A DNA stretch of 64,000 nt from Candidatus Marinacidobacterium sp. (GTDB lineage Bacteria; Acidobacteriota; Vicinamibacteria; Marinacidobacterales; Marinacidobacteraceae). Of the stretch, positions 23,779 to 31,868 are shown one piece after another. A program made the position numbers and the translations under genes. The stretch spans positions 2,528,001 to 2,592,000 of the forward strand of contig OZ242011.1 in NCBI GenBank assembly GCA_965204755.1, given 5' to 3'. Every line of letters starts with the position of its first letter. The first letter of the stretch is position 1. Below the pieces are notes generated by a model. It was not told the DNA's origin and searched no databases. It worked only from the letters and a program-made list of their open reading frames with translations.

Positions 23779-25035
23779 GTGAACCATCCGACCAGCCTGA
23801 CCTTGGACGAGGTGCGTTGCTTCAGCGGCGCCCGGACCGGACCGATCGGACGGATAACGGTTCTGATCGGGGACAACGGTACGGGCAAGTCCACCTTCCT
23901 CGGTTGTTACCGAGCCTTCGCCGAGTTGACCGGTTTCGATGACCTGCGAGACCGCAACTACTTCGACGCCGATCCGTTTCGGATGGGGAGGTTTCCCGAC
24001 ATCGCCCGCGACGGGGCCGGGGAGTTCGCCGTGGCGGGGGCTTTCGGCGGTCGCTGCCATGAGAGCGTGCGTATCGCGTTCGGTGACGGGGGCCGGGAGT
24101 ATCCGGAGGAACGCTCGATCTCGATCCGGCCGGCGAATGCGCCCCACCCGTTTCGCATCGAGAGGATTTGCGAAAGCCGGGAAGCGTGGAGGCTGGAGGG
24201 GCCCGGCTTTCGGTTCGAACTCGATGCCGCGGATGTGGACTGGCGGCAGATGACCACCTGGCTGTCTCTCCAGGTCCGCCACGGGCAGTTGCCGTTCCGC
24301 GGCGAACTCACGGAGTTGCGGAAACGGATACCGGGTATTTCCGCCGATCGACAAAACGCGTTCGCCGCGTTGGCCAACTATCTCGCGGGCCTGCCGTTCC
24401 CGAGGGAGTCAGCGCGCGTCGTCCCGCTCCAACCCGGTCCCGCCGAACGGCGCCGGCGCTACACGACGCTTCCGTACGCCGTGGACGATGGAGTCCTCGC
24501 CGAGCGCGTGGCAGCCATCGGCAGGGAGGTCGGCCTGTTCTCGCAGGTCGGGAGTTCCCCGCCGGGCCCCGACGGCGCGAGGGAAATCCGCGTCCGGACG
24601 CCGGACGGATGGCGGAACCTCATGGACGCGGGATACGGGGTCCATTCGGTCTTGGCTCTGCTCTTCGCCATCTGCGGACATGGCGATGACACGGCCTTCC
24701 TGCTGCAACAGCCGGAGGCCCGCATCCATCCGGGTGCGCAGGCGGCTCTCGCTACGGTCATGGCCTCGAGTCGCCAGCGTTTCCTGATCGAGACGCACAG
24801 CGACCACTTCGTGGACCGGTTCCGCATCTGCGTGATGGAGGGTGACCTGGAGCCCGAGGACTTGCAGATCCTCTATTTCGAGAAGGCGCAGGATGGCCGG
24901 GGTTCGACGATCCACGGGATCGGCGTGGATCGAAACGGCAACCTGGAGGGCGAGCCCCGCGAGTTTCGGAGGTTCTTCCTGGAGGAGATGGAGCGTCTCC
25001 TCGGCTTCGGTCGGTTGGAGCGCGAAATGGCCTGA
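23779..25035 (+). CDS. Second ABC-type ATPase (DUF3696-like)
   Basis: GTG 23779; VLIGDNGTGKST, DAGYGV, LLQQPEARIHPGAQ, IETHSDHFVDRFR. Confidence 0.85.
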   Translation: MNHPTSLTLDEVRCFSGARTGPIGRITVLIGDNGTGKSTFLGCYRAFAELTGFDDLRDRNYFDADPFRMGRFPDIARDGAGEFAVAGAFGGRCHESVRIAFGDGGREYPEERSISIRPANAPHPFRIERICESREAWRLEGPGFRFELDAADVDWRQMTTWLSLQVRHGQLPFRGELTELRKRIPGISADRQNAFAALANYLAGLPFPRESARVVPLQPGPAERRRRYTTLPYAVDDGVLAERVAAIGREVGLFSQVGSSPPGPDGAREIRVRTPDGWRNLMDAGYGVHSVLALLFAICGHGDDTAFLLQQPEARIHPGAQAALATVMASSRQRFLIETHSDHFVDRFRICVMEGDLEPEDLQILYFEKAQDGRGSTIHGIGVDRNGNLEGEPREFRRFFLEEMERLLGFGRLEREMA

Positions 25036-25053
25036 CCGGCGGCGGGGCGGCGG

Positions 25054-26250
25054 TCAGGACTTCGGGGGGCGGGTTCCGCCGTTTGCTCGGTAGGCCTCGA
25101 TGGCGAAGTAGAGGGCGTAGAGGAGGTTGGGGAAGCGGTAGCGGCCGCGGGCCTCCGGATCGGCTACGAGGGCCTCGAGTTTTCGCATGCGGCGGAGGAA
25201 GTTGTCGAGCACTCGCCGTTCGTGGGTCGTCAACCTCGGGATCAGTTCCGCCCGACGAAACTCGAACCGGGGTTCGTCGGAAATCTTCCGCAGGATGGAT
25301 CGGTACCTCTCGCTGCGGATCGCTTGGAAGACTTGGGGTTCGAGGAGTTTCGAGCCGACGACATCGGCCGCCAGAGTGATCCCGAGAGAAATGTCCCGAG
25401 CGGTGATCGTCGGGCCTGCCGCCGATCGCCACACGGCATCGCCGATCTCGTGGGCGAGCACCGGCAGCCCGCCGGAGAAATCCACGAGGGGTTTCAGGCC
25501 CCGGTCCTCGACCTGTGCGTCTCCGGCGGCGAACGACTTCCGGAAGAACTCAAGCGTTTCCGCCGGAGACCACGGTGCGATTTCGATCAGGTCGAAGACA
25601 CGGGCGAGCGAGGGCTGTTCCCGGATCATGCGTTGGCGGCGCTCTTCGATGCCCACGAGCAGGAGGCACAGGCGGGAGTCGTCGTAGGCGATGGCGAGTT
25701 CCTCCAGCGAACTCTTCAGCCAATTGGCGAATTCCCACGATTCGGCCAAGCCGTTGATGTCGTCGAGGATCAGCACGAGGGACTTCCGTTCGGGCTGGAG
25801 GCCCTGGACGATCTTGTGGACTCCTGGGACGAAGCGGTCGCGAAGGTCCGCCATTTCCGCCGGCCGAAGGGCGAGTTGGACGCCGAACATCCCGGCGGAC
25901 TGCACGCGTTCCCCGAAGATTTCCGCGATTTTCTGGAACCAGGGCCGCGTAGCGTTCTGTTCCACGAGGTGTTCCCAAGTGCGGGCGACCATGCGATTGA
26001 GGTCGGCGGCGCCTCCGAGCGGCACATAGCATCCGGCGACTTCGTCCAGGCTTTCGACGGCCTGCCGGGCGATCCGGGCCACGGTGCTCTTGCCCATCCC
26101 TCGCTCGCCGGTCACGAACCCGGCCACTACCTGTCCCTTGGCGCTCGCGCGCGCCAAGCCGCGAATCCGCTCGATGGCGTTCTCCCTGCCGACGATCGCC
26201 TCGGTCAGGGGGAAGCGACCCGGGCGGAACGGAGACGAGTCGGGGTTCAC
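25054..26250 (-). CDS. P-loop ATPase (AAA_16/archaeal-ATPase, STAND-like) with C-terminal winged helix
   Basis: SPFRPG..IVGRE, TGERGMGKST, LILDDI, SGGLP, GRYRFPNLLY. Confidence 0.85.
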   Translation of the reverse strand: MNPDSSPFRPGRFPLTEAIVGRENAIERIRGLARASAKGQVVAGFVTGERGMGKSTVARIARQAVESLDEVAGCYVPLGGAADLNRMVARTWEHLVEQNATRPWFQKIAEIFGERVQSAGMFGVQLALRPAEMADLRDRFVPGVHKIVQGLQPERKSLVLILDDINGLAESWEFANWLKSSLEELAIAYDDSRLCLLLVGIEERRQRMIREQPSLARVFDLIEIAPWSPAETLEFFRKSFAAGDAQVEDRGLKPLVDFSGGLPVLAHEIGDAVWRSAAGPTITARDISLGITLAADVVGSKLLEPQVFQAIRSERYRSILRKISDEPRFEFRRAELIPRLTTHERRVLDNFLRRMRKLEALVADPEARGRYRFPNLLYALYFAIEAYRANGGTRPPKS

Positions 26251-26497
26251 GAGCGGAGCGCGGACCGGCGATCCTGCGCATCGCGGCCCGGTGTGAGTTT
26301 ACGCCCGCCCACGGAGCGCCGCTCCGGCGGAGACCCCGGGGCGTGGAGCGGTCCCCGGGCGTCGGCAGACGGGGCTTCGGCCGAATACCGCCTCGGCGCG
26401 GCGTGCGCGTGCCGCAGGGGGCACGGGCGGCGCGGCGTGGACGGGCGTCCGGGGGCGGGCGTCTCCGTCGGCGCGGGGATTCGTACACTTCCGGGCC

Positions 26498-29299
26498 GTG
26501 CCGGGCCGTTTTCGTTTCGTTGTTCTCGCGACGCTTGCGTCGGTCGGGTTGGGGGCGGGGGGCGCGGTGGGCGGGCAGGCGGGGGGGCCGGAGGCGGGGC
26601 GGGCGGCGGAGACCTGGCATTGGGTGCAGAAGTTGCAGACCACCGGGTCGGTGCTGCAGATCACGGCGCATCCGGATGACGAGGACGGGGGGCTGCTGGC
26701 GCTGCTGGGCCGGGGGCACGGGGCGCGGACTTCGCTGCTGAGCCTGACTCGGGGGGAGGCCGGGGCGAACGCGATCGGGCCGGAACTGTTCGATGCGCTG
26801 GGGGTGATCCGGGCGGGGGAACTCGAGGTCGCCGGGCGGTGGTACGGGCTGGACCGGATCTACTTCACGCCGCTCGCGGACTACGGGTATTCGAAGAGTC
26901 TCGAAGAGGCGCAGCGCTCCTGGGACGAGGAGGCGGCGGTCGCGGATGTGGTGGAGGTGATTCGGCGGGAGCGGCCGCTGGTGGTCCACGCGCGGTTCGA
27001 CGGGACGCCCGCCGACGGGCACGGGCAGCACCGGTTCGCCGGGCGGGTGGCGGCGCGGGCGTTCGAGGCTGCGGGCGATCTCGCGGCGTTCCCGCCGCGG
27101 GAGGGGCGGCGCGGGTACTTGCCGGGGGCGCTGTTCGTCTCCGTTCGGGGCGGGGGCGAATCGGGCGGGGGCGAAGTGGCGCTGGATCTCTCGGGGTCGC
27201 GGCCTTGGCTCTCGCGGTCGTTCGCGGAACTGGGCGCGGTCGGGCTTTCGGTCCAGCGGTCGCAGACGCGGGGCGTGGTTCGGGAGGCCGGGCCGGGGGG
27301 CCGGCGGCGGGTGGCGCGGCTGCGGCGGGTGGACGACGGGGCCGGCGGACTGGCGGGCGGCGCCGGCGGACTGGCGGGCGGCGCGGGCGGACTGGCGGGC
27401 GGCGCGGGCGGGGTGGAGGGGGTTTCGGCGGACCTGCTCGGGCTTCTCTCGCCGGAGAACGCCTCGCTCTCCGCGCGGTTCGGGGCGGTGGTTCCGGCGC
27501 GGCTGGGGGAGGCGCTTCGGGAGTTGGACGAGGCGTTCGCCGGGATTGCGCGGGACTTCGACTGGACGGCGCCGGAGGCGAGCCTGCCGGCGCTGGGCGC
27601 GGCGCTCGCCGGGGCGCGGGCGCTGCTGGGGGAGCGGTCGCCGTCGGGGTTCTTCGATGTGCGGCGCGAGTTGACGGTGAAGGAGCGGCAGTTGGAGGCG
27701 GCGGTCCGGGCGGCGGCCGGGGCGCGGATCTCGGCGACGGCGCGGCCGGTCGGGGCGGGTGACGAAGGGGCGGGTGACGAACCGGTGGGGGCGTTCGGGG
27801 CGCCGGTCGCCCTGGGGCCGGTGGTTCCGGGGCAGGAGGTCGAGGTGGCGGTCTGCGCCTCGGCGCTCGCTCCGGCGCGGGTGGAGGCGGTGCTGGTCGA
27901 AGGGCCGGGGGAGGTGGTCGAGATCGCTCCGGGGGACGCCGGCGGGGATGGCGCGTCGGCTTGCGCGGGCTTTCGGGTCGCGGTGGCGGCGGACGCCGCG
28001 CCGTTCGCGTATCCGGTCCGGCGCGACTCCATCGGCGAGAACCGCTACCGGACGGTCGGGGACTGGAGCCGGGGGGCGCCGCCGGCGGCGTTCACGGCGA
28101 CGGCGCGGCTGGCGATTCCCCGGGCCGGGGGCGGGGAGGTGGAGGCGCCGCTGGTGGCGGCGGTGGAGCGGTTCGAGTCGAACCTGCCCTACGGGTACGA
28201 GCGGCGGACGCTCGAGGTGCTGCCGCCGGTGTCCGTCCGGTTCGAGCCGGACTTCGCGGCGCTGCCGGCGGGGAGGGGCGAAGCGGAGTTCGCCGCGGCG
28301 CTTACCGCTACGGGGCGCGCCGCCGGGGAGTACCGGGTGGCGCTCGCGGCGCCGGAGGGGTTCCGGGCGGAACCCGAGTCGCAGGTCGTCCGGTTCGACC
28401 GCTCCGGGGAGACGGCGCGAGTGGAGTTCACCGTATCCGCCGCCGGGCTGGCCGCGGGCGGGGCGTCGCCGGTGATCCGGGCGACCGTCGCTCCGGTCGG
28501 GGTGTCCGGCGGCGCTTCGCCCACCCCGGCGCTCGGCTATGCGCGGATCGCGCACCGCGACCTTCCGCTCGGCTACGACATCCGCCCGGCGGCGCTGCGG
28601 GTGGCGGTCGCCGACCTCGCCCCGCTGCCGGAGGGGTTGCGGGTCGGCTTCGTGAGCGGCGCCGGGGACCGGGTGGCCGAGGCGGTGCGGGCGCTCGGCG
28701 CGGAAGTCGTCCCGCTCGACGACGAGGACCTGGCGAGCGCGCCGCTCGACGGGTTCGACGCCGTGCTCCTCGGGACCCGCGCCTACGCCTTCCGGCCGGC
28801 GCTCCACGCCGCGAACCGGCGGCTGCTCGACTACGCCCGCGGCGGGGGGCACCTGGTCGTCCTCTACAACACCGAGGAGTTGGTTCCGGCGGAGCACGCG
28901 CCCTATCCGGGGACGCTGCCGCGCCGGTCGGAGGAAGTCTCCGAGGAGGACGGCGCGATCACGATCCTCGCGCCCGACCATCCGCTGCTGGCTTGGCCGA
29001 ACCGGATCGGGGAGGAGGACTTCGCGGGGTGGGTGGAACAGCGCGGCTCCAAGTTCTGGAGCGAGTGGGACGCCGCCTACACGCCGCTGTTCGAGGCGAA
29101 CGACTCCGGCCAGCCGCCGCAGCGGGGCGGGGCGCTGACGGCGGAGACGGGGAGCGGGCGGTACACCTACTTCGCCTACGCCCTCCACCGGCAACTGCCG
29201 GAGGCGGTGCCGGGCGCGTTCCGGCTGCTGGCGAACCTGGTCGCGGCGCGTCGGTATCCGGGTTCGGGGGCGGGTTCGGGGCCGGGGGGCGGGCGGTGA
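26498..29299 (+). CDS. PIG-L/LmbE family deacetylase, multidomain and secreted
   Basis: AHPDDED, LTRGEAGANAIGPE, DYGYSKS, DGHGQH; C-terminal GATase-like domain (GWVEQRG..F...WD); internal 21-bp repeat (GAGGLAG)x3. Confidence 0.9.
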   Translation: MPGRFRFVVLATLASVGLGAGGAVGGQAGGPEAGRAAETWHWVQKLQTTGSVLQITAHPDDEDGGLLALLGRGHGARTSLLSLTRGEAGANAIGPELFDALGVIRAGELEVAGRWYGLDRIYFTPLADYGYSKSLEEAQRSWDEEAAVADVVEVIRRERPLVVHARFDGTPADGHGQHRFAGRVAARAFEAAGDLAAFPPREGRRGYLPGALFVSVRGGGESGGGEVALDLSGSRPWLSRSFAELGAVGLSVQRSQTRGVVREAGPGGRRRVARLRRVDDGAGGLAGGAGGLAGGAGGLAGGAGGVEGVSADLLGLLSPENASLSARFGAVVPARLGEALRELDEAFAGIARDFDWTAPEASLPALGAALAGARALLGERSPSGFFDVRRELTVKERQLEAAVRAAAGARISATARPVGAGDEGAGDEPVGAFGAPVALGPVVPGQEVEVAVCASALAPARVEAVLVEGPGEVVEIAPGDAGGDGASACAGFRVAVAADAAPFAYPVRRDSIGENRYRTVGDWSRGAPPAAFTATARLAIPRAGGGEVEAPLVAAVERFESNLPYGYERRTLEVLPPVSVRFEPDFAALPAGRGEAEFAAALTATGRAAGEYRVALAAPEGFRAEPESQVVRFDRSGETARVEFTVSAAGLAAGGASPVIRATVAPVGVSGGASPTPALGYARIAHRDLPLGYDIRPAALRVAVADLAPLPEGLRVGFVSGAGDRVAEAVRALGAEVVPLDDEDLASAPLDGFDAVLLGTRAYAFRPALHAANRRLLDYARGGGHLVVLYNTEELVPAEHAPYPGTLPRRSEEVSEEDGAITILAPDHPLLAWPNRIGEEDFAGWVEQRGSKFWSEWDAAYTPLFEANDSGQPPQRGGALTAETGSGRYTYFAYALHRQLPEAVPGAFRLLANLVAARRYPGSGAGSGPGGGR

Positions 29300-30495
29300 G
29301 CGGCGAGGCGGCGGCGCCTCCGGTGCGGCGGGTGCGGCGCGAGGACTGGCCGGAGGGGCGGGAGGTGGTGCTGGTGGGGACGGCGCACATCTCGCCGGAC
29401 TCGGTGCGGCTGGTGCGGGAGACCATCGAGCGGGAAAAGCCCGACGGGGTGTGCGTGGAACTCGACCGGGGGCGGTTCGAGGCGCTCATGGACCCGGCGC
29501 GGATCGAGCGGCTCGACCTGAAGCAGGCGGTGCGGGAGCGGAAACTGCTTCCGCTGATCGCCGGGGTCGCGCTCGGGGCCTGGCAGGCGCGGATGGGGCT
29601 GCGGTTCGGGGTGGAGCCGGGGGCGGAACTGCGGGAGGCGGCGCTCGCCGCCCGGGAAGCGGGGATCCCGGTGCACCTGGTGGATCGGGAGGTGCGGGTG
29701 ACCCTGCTCCGGGTCTGGCGGCGCGCCGGGTTCTTCCAGAAGATGCGGCTGCTGGCCGGGGGGCTGGAGAGCGGCGGGGGGGCGGAGGCCGCGCTGGAGA
29801 CCGAGGAGGACCTGAAGCGGCTGGTCTCCGCCGATGTAGTGTCGCGGCTGGTCGCGGAACTGGGGGAGGCGTTCCCGACGCTGAAGTCGGTGGTGATGGA
29901 CGAGCGGGACGCCTGGATCGCGGACGCGGTGCGGGAGACCGGGGGCGGGCGGCTGGTGGCGGTGGTCGGGGCCGGGCACCTCGACGGGGTGGAGCGGCGG
30001 CTGCTGGGGGACGAGCCGGTGGACCGGGCGGAGTTGGCGGAAGTCCCGCCGCGCGGGCGGCTGGCGCGGTGGATCGGGGTGGCGATCCCGCTGGTGATCC
30101 TCTCCGCGCTCGGCTGGACCTGGGTGACCCGGGGGGCGGCGGCGGCGTCGGAGGGGGCGCTGTTCTGGGTGGCGGTGAACTCGATCCCGGCGGGGCTCGG
30201 GGCGGCGGCGGCGCTGGCCCACCCGCTGACGGTGCTGGCGGCGCTGGTCTCCGCGCCGTTCACCAGCCTCACGCCGGTGCTGGGGGCGGGGTATGTGACC
30301 GGGTTCGTCCAGGCCTGGGTGCGCCCGCCGCGGGTGTTCGAGTTGCGCGCGCTGCGGGAGGAGGCGCTGGCGCCGCGCAAGTGGTTCACCAACCGGGCGC
30401 TGCGGATCGCGCTGGCGTTCCTCCTGCCCACCATCGGGAGCGCCGTCGGCACCTTCGTGGGCGGCTCGCGGCTGATCGGGGGGGCGCTGGGCTGA
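29296..30495 (+). CDS. TraB/PrgY (pheromone shutdown) family membrane protein
   Basis: GTGA overlap; LVGTAHIS..S, VCVELDRGR, DERD, VAVVGAGH, C-terminal TM helices. Confidence 0.9.
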   Translation: MSGEAAAPPVRRVRREDWPEGREVVLVGTAHISPDSVRLVRETIEREKPDGVCVELDRGRFEALMDPARIERLDLKQAVRERKLLPLIAGVALGAWQARMGLRFGVEPGAELREAALAAREAGIPVHLVDREVRVTLLRVWRRAGFFQKMRLLAGGLESGGGAEAALETEEDLKRLVSADVVSRLVAELGEAFPTLKSVVMDERDAWIADAVRETGGGRLVAVVGAGHLDGVERRLLGDEPVDRAELAEVPPRGRLARWIGVAIPLVILSALGWTWVTRGAAAASEGALFWVAVNSIPAGLGAAAALAHPLTVLAALVSAPFTSLTPVLGAGYVTGFVQAWVRPPRVFELRALREEALAPRKWFTNRALRIALAFLLPTIGSAVGTFVGGSRLIGGALG

Positions 30496-30527
30496 ACGGG
30501 GTAGGGGCTGGGGCATTCAACGGAGGT

Positions 30528-30626
30528 GTTGACAACGGTTTTGTTGACAACAAGTTAGTTGACAACCATCGGGTTGACAACGGAGGTGTTGACAACTAAT
30601 ATGCTGACAACAAATCCGTTGAACGG
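30528..30626. repeat. Array of 9-bp palindromes GTTGACAAC with exact 15-bp period
   Basis: Perfect copies at 30528, 30543, 30558, 30573 and 30588; degenerate copies at 30603 and 30618; 6-bp variable spacers. Confidence 0.9.
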
Positions 30627-30635
30627 GAGGTCCCC

Positions 30636-31868
30636 ATGGAATCCAGAACGGGCAGTTGGGTAACCGGCGACGACTTTTTTGGGCGCGAGACGAACCTCAG
30701 GATCTTGGGGATGAAGGTTCGAGAGCAGAACCATGTGCTGCTCAGCGGCCCGCGACGCATTGGGAAGACGAGCGTCGCTCAAGAACTCGGTCGGCGCCTC
30801 GCCGAGGAGGGCTGGACTTTCCTGTACCTCGATGTGGAGCACGTCGGCACTCCGGAGGAGTTCGTTCTGGAGTTTGCCGCTCGGATGTGGGAGGCGCGTC
30901 CGCTCTGGAAACGCCGTCTGTTTGGAATCGGGCGATGGGTCGGCGCACAGGCGGGAAGAGTCAAAAAGGTGGGCGCCGCCGGAACCGCAGTCGAGTTGCA
31001 CCGCGAAATGGAGCGCGGGACATGGCGCCAGCGCGGGGACCGGCTGTTCCGGCAGTGCGTCGAGTCGGGCCGCCGGGTCTTTTTGGTGTTGGACGAGTTG
31101 CCTCTCTTCTTGAAGCGCTTGCTGGAGAGTGAAGGGGGCAGGGGTTCCGTGGAGTTGTTCCTCAGTTGGCTTCGGGGGACACTCCAGATGATTGAGCGCA
31201 ACTCGCCGGTCCTGTTGATCAGCGGCAGCATGGGGCTGTATCCGTTCGTGGAGCGGCTTCGCCTCACCGACCGCATCAACTACCTGTCGCCCTATCGCTT
31301 GCAACCTTGGAGTCGAGAGGAGAGCATCGAGTGTCTTGACGCCTTGGCCGCGGCTCACGGGATTACTTGGGCGCAGGGCGCGGCGTCCGACGCGTATGAC
31401 AGACTCGGTGAAGGGAATCCCCATCAGATCCAGTGCTTCTTCGCTGCGCTCCGGCAGTACGTGCTCGGACAGGAAGACTCTCGGATCACTTGCGAGGACA
31501 ACGCGGCCGTCTATCCGCAACTCCTGCTGCCGGGCGGTCAGAACGACTTGGCCCACTACCAGCACCGTCTGGAACGATCGTTGGACGCCGAGGACTTTGC
31601 CATCGCGATGGAGATCTTGGTCGAGACCGCGAACAAAGGCGTCTTGGGGAGATCGAGGCTCATGGCTTTGGTCGCCGGCCGGGACGGGCGCGAAGTGGAC
31701 GTGACGGAGCGCGTCCGCAGCGTTCTGGACATGTTGATGCACGACGGCTATTTGAGTCAGGATGAGGAGTACTGCCTTCGTTTCACTTCTCGGCTGCTGC
31801 AGGACTGGTTCTCCACGAGACCGGCTGGCCAGCGAGACCGCGACGCTTCGCGAGGTTCGACCCGATGA
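30636..31868 (+). CDS. STAND-like P-loop ATPase (gene 1 of an ATPase pair)
   Basis: GSWVTGDDFFGRE, SGPRRIGKTS, VLDELP, SGSMGL, HDGYL, LLQDWF. Confidence 0.85.
   Translation: MESRTGSWVTGDDFFGRETNLRILGMKVREQNHVLLSGPRRIGKTSVAQELGRRLAEEGWTFLYLDVEHVGTPEEFVLEFAARMWEARPLWKRRLFGIGRWVGAQAGRVKKVGAAGTAVELHREMERGTWRQRGDRLFRQCVESGRRVFLVLDELPLFLKRLLESEGGRGSVELFLSWLRGTLQMIERNSPVLLISGSMGLYPFVERLRLTDRINYLSPYRLQPWSREESIECLDALAAAHGITWAQGAASDAYDRLGEGNPHQIQCFFAALRQYVLGQEDSRITCEDNAAVYPQLLLPGGQNDLAHYQHRLERSLDAEDFAIAMEILVETANKGVLGRSRLMALVAGRDGREVDVTERVRSVLDMLMHDGYLSQDEEYCLRFTSRLLQDWFSTRPAGQRDRDASRGSTR

Noticed and set aside
30528-30626. Mini-CRISPR or coding VDNxx pentapeptide repeat
   Set aside because: 9-bp repeats with 6-bp spacers are too short for CRISPR; the VDN frame has no credible start and hits TAA at 30597
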